The notes: generated by a model from the sequence alone, not told the origin. 64,000 nucleotides of DNA from an uncultured Pseudomonadales bacterium (GCA_964548025.1 CAZJRI010000002.1:26175-90174); one strand, 5' to 3'. Positions 1 through 9,693 are shown, numbered from the stretch's first letter. Translations and numbers: made by a program.

Positions 1-455
1 CAGCGAGGGATCTGGGTGCCCTGCCAAATAATATGTGGCTTTACAATGTTGGACCGCAATGGGCGAAACGATTGACGCTAACCGGTGATACAGTCAGCGG
101 ACCGGAAGCACAGCAGATTGGCCTGGTGCTGAAATCTGTCCCCATGGAATTCCTGGAACAGGAAGTTGAACAATTGGCTGATCGGTTGCAGATGATTGAC
201 CCGGACCTGCTCTCCGCGAATAAGAGGATTATCAACACAGCACTGGAACTGATGGGTGCAAGAACCCTTCAGAGAATGGCGGCTGAGAATGATGTACGCG
301 GGCACAACACAAAGGGTGCTGCTGGATATATGAAATCATTCGCCGAAAAAGGCCTCAAGGAAACACTGAGAGACAGAGATGCGAAATTCGGTGATGGTCG
401 GGCGAAGGTCAATGGCCCCGAACTGCGGGATGAAGCGGGGCGGTTGATCGAGTAG
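1..455 (+). CDS. enoyl-CoA hydratase/crotonase family protein, C-terminal part (5' end outside window)
   Basis: The frame is open from the window edge. LTLTGDTVSGPEAQQIGLV and the following helical tail match the C-terminal half of crotonase-fold hydratases. Confidence 0.6.
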   Translation, partial: ARDLGALPNNMWLYNVGPQWAKRLTLTGDTVSGPEAQQIGLVLKSVPMEFLEQEVEQLADRLQMIDPDLLSANKRIINTALELMGARTLQRMAAENDVRGHNTKGAAGYMKSFAEKGLKETLRDRDAKFGDGRAKVNGPELRDEAGRLIE

Positions 456-1404
456 CGGGCAGGGAGGCAAGTCGATCTAGCATGCCATCGACAAGTTTTG
501 TTTCGATCCTCTCTTGCATGACATCGTTTATCTGACGAATGGCTGAAGGTGAGGTGATATTGATTTCGGTGAGATATGAACCGATGAAATCAAGCCCGGC
601 GAAAAAGATGCCTTCATTGCGCAGAAAAGGTGCGATCTTTCTTATAGCCGTCTGTTCAAATTGAGTGAGGCCGGTGGGTTCGCATCTGGCACCCTGGTGT
701 ATATTGGCTAGAAAGCTGTCTGGCTGGGGAACCCTGTTGACCCAGCCAACCGGTTCGCCATCTACCAGATAAATTCGTTTATCACCCCTGGCTATTTCAG
801 GCAGAAATCGCTGTGCGATAAAATATGAAGACGCGCCACACAGCGATTGTTTGTAGTGCTCAATATCAGTTGCCGTGGTTTTCTCATGCTCAATCCGAAT
901 AATCCCCCTGCCTGAACAGTCGTCGAGTGGTTTCAGAACAGCCGTTTTGTGTTTTTTCAGAAACGCCAGAACAAGTTCGGTATTGGCGCTGACAAGTGTC
1001 GGGGGGCTGAGTTCGGGCCAACGCAGCGGAAGGAGCTTCTCGTTGAAATTTCGGAGGGCTGACGCACTGTTAAATTGCATCAGCCTGTCGGGTAGTTGAT
1101 CCAGCAAGAGGGTCAGATGCAGGTATTGTTGATTGAAAGGCGGATCTTTGCGTATCAGTAGCGCATCAAATTTCTCAAGCGGTTCAGGCGTCGTCTTCTG
1201 CATTTCAAAAGGTTGGATATTCTCGACTTCGCTGACTCGACCCCAGGGGGTGCCTTCATTGAGATAGAGTTCCGGCTCCTCCAGCCAGAAGACCCGATGA
1301 CCACGTGTCAGCAGTTCAGCCATCATCGCCAGAGAGGTCTCGGTCTCAAGATTCAGCGTCGGATAAGGATCCATCAGAAATAGAAAACGATACGAGGTAT
1401 TCAT
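409..1404 (-). CDS. gshB: glutathione synthetase (ATP-grasp)
   Basis: Collinear with E. coli GshB as I recall it: RKDPPF, NEKL, LKPLD, GDKRIYLVDGEP, TEINITSP. The 3' end overlaps the convergent hydratase gene by 47 nt. Confidence 0.85.
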   Translation of the reverse strand: MNTSYRFLFLMDPYPTLNLETETSLAMMAELLTRGHRVFWLEEPELYLNEGTPWGRVSEVENIQPFEMQKTTPEPLEKFDALLIRKDPPFNQQYLHLTLLLDQLPDRLMQFNSASALRNFNEKLLPLRWPELSPPTLVSANTELVLAFLKKHKTAVLKPLDDCSGRGIIRIEHEKTTATDIEHYKQSLCGASSYFIAQRFLPEIARGDKRIYLVDGEPVGWVNRVPQPDSFLANIHQGARCEPTGLTQFEQTAIRKIAPFLRNEGIFFAGLDFIGSYLTEINITSPSAIRQINDVMQERIETKLVDGMLDRLASLPATRSTAPLHPAVRGH

Positions 1405-1500
1405 TTTCTATTTTCCGTTTCCTGGGTCATTAGGTGTATCCATAATTCTAGATCTATCGAATTAATTGAGTATAAGTATCAGTCATTTTCTTCTCTAAAT

Positions 1501-1836
1501 TCAGTTCTGTTCGACGACTGATTCCGGCGTTGTTACTTCCATGGGTGCACAGGTCTGACAACAACAATTGTCGACCAAAAAACGGATCAGGGAGTTCATA
1601 TTTTCATAATCAGCCATGCAGAACAGCGTTCTGCTTTCTCTGTTCTGGTGCACGAGTCCTGCCTGGACAAGTTTGGCCACGTGATGAGAGAGTGTAGAGG
1701 CAGGAATATTCAATTCTTTCTGCACACTGCCGACCGGCACGCCACCCGGTCCCATTTGAATCAGAAATCGATAGACCGATAGACGGGTCGGATTTCCAAG
1801 CGCTTCCAGTTGTTTTGCAGCATATTCGAGTTTCAT
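1501..1836 (-). CDS. ArsR/SmtB-family metalloregulator with C-terminal Cys cluster
   Basis: Winged HTH: LGNPTRLSVYRFL ... ASTLSHHVAKLVQAGLV. The C-terminus carries NCCCQTC. Start placed at ATG 1836 (MKLEY); the ORF is open to 1872. Confidence 0.8.
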   Translation of the reverse strand: MKLEYAAKQLEALGNPTRLSVYRFLIQMGPGGVPVGSVQKELNIPASTLSHHVAKLVQAGLVHQNRESRTLFCMADYENMNSLIRFLVDNCCCQTCAPMEVTTPESVVEQN

Positions 1837-1947
1837 GAGTCGAATCTTAGGCTTGTCACGAAGATAAAGCAACTATATTTCGAGAAATATGGAAATGTTA
1901 TGAAAAGTGATTCCAATATGGTATTGGAATCTGGTCTTAAAGTTGTC

Positions 1948-3333
1948 TTACTTCTTAATTTCAAGCATGTATTTTGCGACTTCCAGCCTGACTTCCTCAG
2001 AAATATAGTTCTGTGGCGGCATTTCAGGATAGTCCTCTCGGACCTTGACCGGGTTAGCGATATAGGCTGCAAGTGCTTCTGGTCTGCCCTGGTACATTGC
2101 CTGTATGGTCACGGTTGGTGGGCCGATCATTTTCACTGTATAGGAATGACATCCGGCACAAATACCGTAATAAGCTGCTTTACCCTTTTCGTCAGCCGCA
2201 ATCTGCCTCACCGGAACAGGCTCTGCCAGCGTATAGGTTGGGGTATCTGCCGTGGAGGTTTTATCGCAGGTTTTGTACCTGTCTAGCCCCACACTCTTAT
2301 AACGGCCCTTCTCCAGAATACAGCTACCGGAGCCTTTGCTGACATCGGCTATATCCACGTAGACCGCGTTTGGATTTACTGCCTTTCGCGCAGCCAGCAC
2401 ATCGGGCAGTGCATTTTTTCCATTCTCCCACATTAAATTGTTCAGTATTTTCACCCTATCAGGATTAGGCTCTGATTCCGGGTCGCTTCTTATATCAGCA
2501 ATGAATTCGAGACCTGCGATACCGATACCGATAAAGTCATTGCCGGTGATAATGTTGTTTTCTACAACGACGTCATCCGCCGCCATGATGGTTATGCCCG
2601 TGCCCTGGGCCACGAAGGATACGATTGATCCGGGAATGGCGAAATTTACATGGTTGTTGTTAACAACAAAGTTGTTGCGGATGATGACATCATAGGTCGT
2701 TTTGATCGGAAGACCCGGCGTAATAAAAGCGAGGATACCGCCGGTATTGTCATGCACGTAATTACCATCGACAATTGCATGGCGGGTATTCTCAATTTCG
2801 ATACCCGCAACACTGTCGAATACCTCGTTATGCAGCACATCCACGTTGTCGCACATACCGACGTAGATCGCAGCATCTTCGATACCGGAGAGAACATTGT
2901 GCTCGATGAGTCCGTTCTTGCCGAATTCGGGAAAGATCCCATAGACCCCAGCGTCGATAATCCAGTTGTTGCGGATAACAAAGTTGTTCCCCGCCTGACC
3001 CATGATGCCGTTACCCTTGAAGTTAATTATCTTGAGGTTTTCAATCGTAATACCGCTACCGGAATAGAGAACGGCGTCATTTCGAATCTTCTCGCCTTCA
3101 AGGGTTGGCCAGCTACCTTCCCTGATAACGCCCCTGAGAGTGATGTTGTCCTTATCAATATAAACCGTCTCTTTGTAGACTCCGGGCTCAACCAGGATGA
3201 CATCGCCGGACACAGCTTTTGTGACGGCTGACTGAATAGTCTGTCCGGGCTTGACGATAATTTCTTTGGCCCAGACTGACGTGCTCATTAAGGCACAGAG
3301 AGTCATGAGTACAAATAGTGCTCTGGATTTCAT
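1948..3333 (-). CDS. secreted right-handed parallel beta-helix (NosD-like) protein fused to a C-terminal mono-haem cytochrome c domain
   Basis: Signal peptide ending VWA-KE. Repeated G-x-I/V-x-N beta-helix turns (ITIENLKIINF, NNFVIRNNWII, HNVLSG, LHNEVF, DGNYVHDN, IRNNFVVNN). C-terminal CAGCH haem motif. Confidence 0.75.
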   Translation of the reverse strand: MKSRALFVLMTLCALMSTSVWAKEIIVKPGQTIQSAVTKAVSGDVILVEPGVYKETVYIDKDNITLRGVIREGSWPTLEGEKIRNDAVLYSGSGITIENLKIINFKGNGIMGQAGNNFVIRNNWIIDAGVYGIFPEFGKNGLIEHNVLSGIEDAAIYVGMCDNVDVLHNEVFDSVAGIEIENTRHAIVDGNYVHDNTGGILAFITPGLPIKTTYDVIIRNNFVVNNNHVNFAIPGSIVSFVAQGTGITIMAADDVVVENNIITGNDFIGIGIAGLEFIADIRSDPESEPNPDRVKILNNLMWENGKNALPDVLAARKAVNPNAVYVDIADVSKGSGSCILEKGRYKSVGLDRYKTCDKTSTADTPTYTLAEPVPVRQIAADEKGKAAYYGICAGCHSYTVKMIGPPTVTIQAMYQGRPEALAAYIANPVKVREDYPEMPPQNYISEEVRLEVAKYMLEIKK

Positions 3334-3349
3334 TGTATTTGTTGCTCCT

Positions 3350-4546
3350 TCATGGTTTGGATTCTTCAGAGAATCCGCCCGGCAGTTTACCCACAGGTAT
3401 TAACCCGGATGGTACATGTTTTGGTATCTCTGGTGCCAGCGAGTTGTCGGTCAGCGTACCAAGAAATGCAACCAGCAGGTCGAGTTCACGGTCAGATAGA
3501 TCCGGCTCCCAGATATGCCAGTGAATACTGAGGTTTTCCCCGGCTGGTACGGCATGGCCTCGTCCTTTGGTATAGAAACCAACGGTTTCACGAAGGTCTG
3601 AAAAACGTCCCGAGTGCATATAAGGTGCTGTAGCTGTAATGTTACGCAAACCGGGTACCTTAAATCCGCCTCGTTGGGTAGGATCTTTTGTCAGGGCACC
3701 TTCGCCCTCATCAAATGGCATGCCCGGAGGTTCAGGTGTGCCGATGATGGCCATCTCCTGGTTGGTGAACAAGGGTGGTGTATGACATTCGGAACATCGT
3801 GCTACGAAAGATCTGAATATATTCATCCCCTCAATTTCTTCGTTGGTCAATGCTGCATGGTAGCCATGGGCATATTGATCATAACGACTGTTGAGCGATA
3901 TCAGCGAAGCTTCGAATGCTGCGATTGCAGTATAAATCTGTTGCGGCGTGATCGGCAATTTACCGTAAGCTGTTTTGAACAGGCGTTTGTAATCTGGATT
4001 TGCGTTAAGACTTTTTATCAGATTCACCTCTGTATTACCCATTTCATCCGGGGCATATAGTGGACCCAGCGCCTGTTCTTCAAGTGAATCAGCTCGAGCG
4101 TCCCAGAACAGACGATCAAGAAAACCGACATTCCACAATGAGGGGGACGAACGCTTTACTTTCTCACCGGCAATGCCGACGCTGCGATCCACTCCGTCGC
4201 TGAATCCAAATTGAGGATGATGACAACTGCCGCATGACAGGGTACCGTCTCCAGACAGCATAGGATCGAAAAAGAGATATCTTCCCAGATCAATCTGTTC
4301 CGGTGTAAAGCCATCCCTGATCGGCGGCAGGCCTGTCTTCAATCCCCCGACACCGGCATTTTGCAGAGAATCGTATAGCTGATAAAGATTTCGAAGATAA
4401 CATTGACCTTCTACCTTCTCGAAGCCGGGTGGACAGTCCGCACTCAGTCGAATCAAAGAGGCAGCATGTGGTCTTTCTTCAGCACCAGAAGGCAGAATGA
4501 CGAGAAAGACAAATAGCCCGATAAGAAAAAGCCTGACCTGGCTCAT
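3350..4546 (-). CDS. di-haem cytochrome c peroxidase / MauG family protein
   Basis: Signal peptide and two CxxCH motifs (CGSCHH, CSECHT). The GFKVPGLRNI and PYMHSG blocks are typical of the CCP/MauG family. The ATG overlaps the upstream stop (ATGA). Confidence 0.85.
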   Translation of the reverse strand: MSQVRLFLIGLFVFLVILPSGAEERPHAASLIRLSADCPPGFEKVEGQCYLRNLYQLYDSLQNAGVGGLKTGLPPIRDGFTPEQIDLGRYLFFDPMLSGDGTLSCGSCHHPQFGFSDGVDRSVGIAGEKVKRSSPSLWNVGFLDRLFWDARADSLEEQALGPLYAPDEMGNTEVNLIKSLNANPDYKRLFKTAYGKLPITPQQIYTAIAAFEASLISLNSRYDQYAHGYHAALTNEEIEGMNIFRSFVARCSECHTPPLFTNQEMAIIGTPEPPGMPFDEGEGALTKDPTQRGGFKVPGLRNITATAPYMHSGRFSDLRETVGFYTKGRGHAVPAGENLSIHWHIWEPDLSDRELDLLVAFLGTLTDNSLAPEIPKHVPSGLIPVGKLPGGFSEESKP

Positions 4547-5217
4547 CGCGACTCCACATTGACAGTCTGAAGGTAGGCGATGATTGCCTTGAGTTCAGCT
4601 TCACTATTGAGACTTTTCATAATGTAGACCATCTGCTGGCCAAATCTGTCCTCGCTTGAACTGCCGCGAATGCCTGATCTGAATTTTTCGAGTTGTGATG
4701 CCATATACCAGTCTTCGAGGCCCCAAAGACCGGGTGCGCCGATTGCCTTGATGCCTTTTCCTGAAGGGCCGTGACAGGCTCCGCAGAGATGATCATAATA
4801 GGCTTTGCCCCTCCCGGCATCTTCATCAGGCAAACTACCCGGTTTGACTGATGGAAGGGCAGATATGGTTCTCACCAGTTCCTTGATGTCCTGATCACTG
4901 TAGTTCAGGGTCGCGATGCGCATGATGTTTCCTTCAATATCCTTCGGGTCGGCACCCCTGATGCCATTTTTGAAGTTCAAAAGCTGACGTTCCATATAGA
5001 TGGATTCTAGATTTGTCAGACTCGGTGCTTTTAGCGTCGTGTTTCCTTCCAGTTTTTCACCATGACAAGTGCGGCAGGCCGCTGTGATCGAAACCGGTTG
5101 AATCTCAGGTGCAGACTGTCCAACTTGAGTCATCGTATCTGACGCACAGCCAGACAGCGCGATAACTGGAACCAATAATACATGTCTGAAAAAAGGCAAC
5201 ATCAGAATAGCTGGCAA
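4543..5217 (-). CDS. di-haem c-type cytochrome (c4-like), probable lipoprotein
   Basis: LSGC lipobox-like signal. Two CxxCH motifs (CRTCHG, CGACHG), each followed by a Met-containing helix. First gene of a 4-gene minus-strand cluster. Confidence 0.8.
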   Translation of the reverse strand: MPAILMLPFFRHVLLVPVIALSGCASDTMTQVGQSAPEIQPVSITAACRTCHGEKLEGNTTLKAPSLTNLESIYMERQLLNFKNGIRGADPKDIEGNIMRIATLNYSDQDIKELVRTISALPSVKPGSLPDEDAGRGKAYYDHLCGACHGPSGKGIKAIGAPGLWGLEDWYMASQLEKFRSGIRGSSSEDRFGQQMVYIMKSLNSEAELKAIIAYLQTVNVESR

Positions 5218-5331
5218 GGTACTCGTATAGGTCTTGATTGACGGAGTGTTAGCATTGTGGCATCAAATTGGCATCATAGCGCGATGATTATGCGCATCGC
5301 GCTCGGATCAGCCCGGTACACAAGTCCAATA

Positions 5332-6066
5332 CTAATGAACCGTGGCAGCAGACTCCCCATTCTGTGCCGGTAGTACGGGTGCTCCCGGTGACCTCATCTG
5401 CTCGTATTCCGGTGCAGGGCCGACATTGAGGGTTTCGCGCAGTTTCTCAAGTGATTGAGGCAGGAGTTCTTCCCAGTTCTGATCAACCAGCCACTGGGAA
5501 CGTCTTCCCCGCAGGTATCCCTGACGTATCAGCTTGCCGGTATCTGAGCGCCAGCCATTACCCCTTAGTGAGCGCAGGACCATGTATCCAATACCGGTAT
5601 TCTTCGTCTGTGCGAAAGTGAATGCCAGTACTGCCATTTCGCCTCGCATATCTCTGCCATAACCGGTGATTACATGAAATACATCGTGTAGTTCTCGAAC
5701 TCGACGTCCGAGGAAGGCCTGATCTGTGGCCGCTTGATTTGGTTGCGGCTCATCTGAGGCTGCTTCACTGGCCCCTTTCAGACCCTGTGCGCTTAGCTGC
5801 TCGGTTGTATAGAATTCCCAGATACTCTTGCCGAGAGACCCTTCCGGCATCGACCCGAGGCGGTCAAGATCAGCCATGATGTCGTATAACTCCGGCTTGT
5901 CTTTGAGGAGCTGATTGCCGTTGGCAGAAAGCTTGAATTTCTTGAACAGTCGCTCGGCGGAATCGCCAGACATTGCATTGATGGCTCTAATCGCCTGCTC
6001 TGTATCATCCGGATTGGAGCTGAGTTTTGCCAGGGCGTTCTGGGCTTCTCTGAGTCTCAAAGACAT
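5332..6066 (-). CDS. Coq4-family protein
   Basis: LHDVFHVITGYGRDMRGEMAV fits the Coq4 HDxxH-x(10-13)-E metal-binding motif. The upstream GSLGKSIWEFY block is also Coq4-like. Confidence 0.7.
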   Translation of the reverse strand: MSLRLREAQNALAKLSSNPDDTEQAIRAINAMSGDSAERLFKKFKLSANGNQLLKDKPELYDIMADLDRLGSMPEGSLGKSIWEFYTTEQLSAQGLKGASEAASDEPQPNQAATDQAFLGRRVRELHDVFHVITGYGRDMRGEMAVLAFTFAQTKNTGIGYMVLRSLRGNGWRSDTGKLIRQGYLRGRRSQWLVDQNWEELLPQSLEKLRETLNVGPAPEYEQMRSPGAPVLPAQNGESAATVH

Positions 6067-6240
6067 TTTAGTTCTCCAGTTTCTGTCAGGTATCTTCGAT
6101 CAGGTCACCAGCCAGGATCGAGTTCAAAGGATTCTGTACATAAAACCCCAGCTAAAATCATAATGATTCAGTGATAAATAAAAATAGATCCAGATCAATA
6201 CTCTGGGATTAAATTTGTTGCTGCCTTCGCCTAAATCCTC

Positions 6241-8661
6241 TTATTCATATCGAAGCGCATGAATGGGATTCTCAGAAGCAACGCGAATTGCGTGAATCGA
6301 TACAACGCTCCAGGAGAGGAGAATGCCCACAATTCCAGCGACGATGATGCTGATAACTGGCAGTTCCAGACGGTTTGAGAAAAATTCAAGGTAGGTATCA
6401 GCAGCAAGATATGCAACTGGCAGCGCAATCCCGGATGCGAGTAGTACGGGTTTTGAAAACTGCCAGATCAGAAGTCGCATAATCTGACCCATGCTTGCAC
6501 CCATTATCTTGCGGATACCTATTTCGCGGGTGCGTCTTTCAACCATAAATGCGGCAAGACCAAACAGACCGACGAGGGAAAGAATCATTGCAACGAATGC
6601 GAATCCGATCAGCATTCTGGTTATTCCATCCAGTATCTTGAATATGTCATCGAACTTCTCATTGAGAAATTCTATCTGGATTGGGTAGTCCGGGATTATC
6701 CTGTCCCAGGTTTCTTCAATATCTGCGAGGGTCGCCTGCATAGCCCGTCCTTCAACTTTAATCGATCCAATGTTGTAGTACTCCGGTGCCATGAGGAAAA
6801 CCATGGGCCTGATCTGGTTGTGAAATCCAAGAAAATTCTGATCAGGGACAATGCCGACAATTGAATAGGTATGATTTGTACCTTCTTCAGTTAGACGATG
6901 AAAAATCGGGTTCATGGAATCCAGGGTATATCCCAAATCGCTCAGGAGCATTTCATTTACAACGACGTTTTGGTCGTAGACGCCCTCTCGCATCGTGTCG
7001 TTTGCGATATCCTCTGTTAATGGCCTGCCTTTCAGGATGTCGATATCGTAGGTTTCGAAAAAGCCCGGACTGACCCAGACGGTATTTGGTTTTATCGCAT
7101 TGTTCTCGTCCCCCGCAATGGCGCTGACCTTGATAAACGAATTACTCTGCTGAAATGGAACCTGGCTTGAATAACCAAGACCGGTAACACCAGGGATCGA
7201 CAGGACCTGATCGCGGAGAACTTCAAGATTAGATCTGATATCAGGCAATTCGAGGCGATTAAGTGTGATGATTTTCGAGCGGGGATATATATTCCCTGAC
7301 TCTTCCACCTCGGTATTCTGTAAATAAACCACGAGCACGATAGCCAGCATGAAGATTGATATGGCGAACTGTATACCGAGCATGGCAGAGCGGAACAGGC
7401 TACCACCGGCACTTTTGGAAACCTCATCCCTAAGTGCATCGATTGGATTGGCAAGTGTAATCAGGTAAGCAGGATATGCCCCGGCGATCATCCCTACTAA
7501 CAGGGTTGTAGATATCAGCCACAGGAGATTGTCGGCATAACTGATGACAAGCCCCTTGCCGAGTGAATCGTTAAACAGCGGTATCAGTAACTCGAGGAAA
7601 CCGATTGAAATAATCATGGAAACAATAACGATCAGAATACTCTCAACCTGAAACTGAATTAGAAGTTGGGTCTGATTCGCGCCCATGGTTTTCCTCAGGC
7701 CAACTTCCCGCGTTCGCTTCAGGGACTGTGCAGTTGCCAGGTTCGTATAGTTTACGATCGCGATTATAAGAACCAGCAGAGCCAGTAATTGAATGGATTC
7801 GATTACTGGCAGTCCGGTCGCCGACCATAGGAAGGTATTTGCGTCGGTGAGATCATTGACTTCAAAACCGGATACCAGCTCTCTATTGGGTAATGGATAG
7901 TGGCTGTCGTAGATCCCATCCATACGTGTTTGTAACCAGCCAGTATCAACATTCCCGGGTACCAGCAAATAGGTAAGATCACCCAGGTTCAGACTGCCCC
8001 AGTTGCCCAGTTCCTCGTTGGCGTGCTCCGTGTTGAGAACTGAAATATGAGCCACTAATTCGAACTCGGCCGGTAGTACCAGTGAGGAGTTGAAGTGTGA
8101 ATTAGCAGGCAGGTCCTCGACCACGGCGGTTACCCTGAGCAGTTTTTCATGATCCAGTTCGATGGACTTGCCCACTGCCGAGCCTTGTCCAAAATATTTG
8201 GTGGCAGCGCTACGTGTTATCAGGAGACCAGAGGGGCTGTCCAGGGCAGATTCGTCACCTTCTATATAGTTGAAATCAAAGATTCTTGGAAAGTCATGAT
8301 CAACGAAGCGAATATTCTGATAATAGTCATTGTCGTCAATCGACAGTAGAAATTCGCGACGGATCGAGCGAGAGATGTATTCGATCTCGGGAATCTCTGT
8401 CTTGATGATTGGACCCACCGCACTTTGGACGCTGTCGATGGAAATAAGACCGGCGAGTTCGGTATTTGGAAATACTGAACCTACAGTAAATATCCTTTCT
8501 GAGTTCCTGAAAAAAGCGTCATGTGTCCGTTCGTACTCAGCGAGGAGAGAACCGAACAGATAAACGCTGAGACCTACAACCAGTCCCAGTATGTTAATAG
8601 CCGAATAGAGTTTGTTTTTGAGTATATGGCGCCAGGCAACAAGGAGGTAGTTATTCAACAT
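6241..8661 (-). CDS. FtsX/MacB-type ABC transporter permease (double FtsX domain)
   Basis: 806 aa. Each half has an N-terminal TM, a large periplasmic domain and a 3-TM FtsX block (RTREVGLRKTMGA and RTREIGIRKIMGA). No ATPase gene is adjacent. Confidence 0.8.
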   Translation of the reverse strand: MLNNYLLVAWRHILKNKLYSAINILGLVVGLSVYLFGSLLAEYERTHDAFFRNSERIFTVGSVFPNTELAGLISIDSVQSAVGPIIKTEIPEIEYISRSIRREFLLSIDDNDYYQNIRFVDHDFPRIFDFNYIEGDESALDSPSGLLITRSAATKYFGQGSAVGKSIELDHEKLLRVTAVVEDLPANSHFNSSLVLPAEFELVAHISVLNTEHANEELGNWGSLNLGDLTYLLVPGNVDTGWLQTRMDGIYDSHYPLPNRELVSGFEVNDLTDANTFLWSATGLPVIESIQLLALLVLIIAIVNYTNLATAQSLKRTREVGLRKTMGANQTQLLIQFQVESILIVIVSMIISIGFLELLIPLFNDSLGKGLVISYADNLLWLISTTLLVGMIAGAYPAYLITLANPIDALRDEVSKSAGGSLFRSAMLGIQFAISIFMLAIVLVVYLQNTEVEESGNIYPRSKIITLNRLELPDIRSNLEVLRDQVLSIPGVTGLGYSSQVPFQQSNSFIKVSAIAGDENNAIKPNTVWVSPGFFETYDIDILKGRPLTEDIANDTMREGVYDQNVVVNEMLLSDLGYTLDSMNPIFHRLTEEGTNHTYSIVGIVPDQNFLGFHNQIRPMVFLMAPEYYNIGSIKVEGRAMQATLADIEETWDRIIPDYPIQIEFLNEKFDDIFKILDGITRMLIGFAFVAMILSLVGLFGLAAFMVERRTREIGIRKIMGASMGQIMRLLIWQFSKPVLLASGIALPVAYLAADTYLEFFSNRLELPVISIIVAGIVGILLSWSVVSIHAIRVASENPIHALRYE

Positions 8662-8772
8662 AGTGCAAAGTACCAGCCTAAATTTCCAACAGAGATTCCT
8701 CCAGATTACCGGAGGTTAGATGTATTTCAAGCCTGATCGAAATATAAAAAGTACAGGATTTGAGCAGTTACT

Positions 8773-9693
8773 CTAGGGTTCTACCAGCACTTTCACCTGA
8801 TCGGTCTGTGGTTCAATCAGCTTATCGAAACCGTTAGTTGCGATATCATCCAATGCAATTGTGCTCGTTATCATTTCCTCGGGTTTGATGTCTTTTGACC
8901 CAACCCATTCCATTGCCAGATCCATGTCAATGGAATTGGTCCCTATCATGGTTATTTCCCGGGTGACAAATCCCAGCATATGCACAGGTACCCGATCAGT
9001 AAATATGCCCTGTACCACAACGGTTCCCCGATAGCGGGTAGAGGCCAGGCAATCCTTCAGGCTATCCTGCACGCCCACAGCCTCGATTGAAACATCCACG
9101 CCATTGCCATCGGTCATCTCTTTAATCTTCGACGGAACATGTACTTGTACCGGGTTAAAAACTTCGGTTGCTCCCATTGCCATGGCTTTATCAATCCGGG
9201 TTGGAGAGAGTTCTGTCATATAGATGGTCTTTACGCCGGTGGCTCTTGCAGAAAGAAGTAACATCAGGCCAACCGGACCTGCACCGGTTATCAGCAGCGT
9301 ATCATCGGCTTTCAAACCGCTGCGCTTGACTGCGTAGGCCGCACCAGCCAGAGGTTCCATGACCACTGCTCGCTCCCAACTGATCGAGGGACTCAGGGGT
9401 GTTACCGTATTTTCTGATGTTGTGAAATATTCAGCATAAGCCCCCGGGCCGAATGCCAGCACACGGTCTCCAACGTCCACCCGGGACACATCGGAACCCT
9501 TCTCGACGATCTCGCCACAGGCTTCATGGCCGAATGGACTCCGGGGAAATGGACCATGGAGATATTCATGAACATCCGAACCACAGATTCCGCAGTACTT
9601 AATCTTCACACGTACCTGATCAGACTCGAGTTCCGGCAGATCAACTGCTTCTACCCTGATGTCCTGGATTCCATGATAGTTAGCTTTCTTCAT
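8773..9693 (-). CDS. zinc-dependent medium-chain alcohol/polyol dehydrogenase
   Basis: GICGSDVHEY and GHEACGEIV catalytic-zinc motifs. GAGPVGL Rossmann motif. Start placed at ATG 9693, which follows AAGAGGAAG; the ORF is open to 9711. Confidence 0.8.
   Translation of the reverse strand: MKKANYHGIQDIRVEAVDLPELESDQVRVKIKYCGICGSDVHEYLHGPFPRSPFGHEACGEIVEKGSDVSRVDVGDRVLAFGPGAYAEYFTTSENTVTPLSPSISWERAVVMEPLAGAAYAVKRSGLKADDTLLITGAGPVGLMLLLSARATGVKTIYMTELSPTRIDKAMAMGATEVFNPVQVHVPSKIKEMTDGNGVDVSIEAVGVQDSLKDCLASTRYRGTVVVQGIFTDRVPVHMLGFVTREITMIGTNSIDMDLAMEWVGSKDIKPEEMITSTIALDDIATNGFDKLIEPQTDQVKVLVEP

Noticed and set aside
409-455. The 47-nt convergent overlap of the crotonase and gshB 3' ends as a possible annotation error or frameshift.
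   Set aside because: Both reading frames carry family-typical sequence up to their stops. Convergent 3' overlaps of this size do occur, and I have no evidence of a frameshift.
2650-3231. Long antisense ORFs opposite well-supported genes. Examples: 2650-3231(+), 18606-19106(+), 22326-22847(-), 32746-33192(-), 38353-38877(-), 45835-46185(-), 49979-50479(-), 62441-62962(-).
   Set aside because: Each lies entirely inside a gene whose product has clear family motifs. Their translations are low-complexity or Ser/Arg/Cys-rich with no recognisable motifs, so they are typical shadow ORFs.
5278-5303. The hairpin AGCGCGATG-N8-CATCGCGCT after the Coq4-like gene as an intrinsic terminator.
   Set aside because: It has a good stem but no U-tract on the relevant strand. 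It could equally be a protein-binding palindrome, so it is not listed as a feature.
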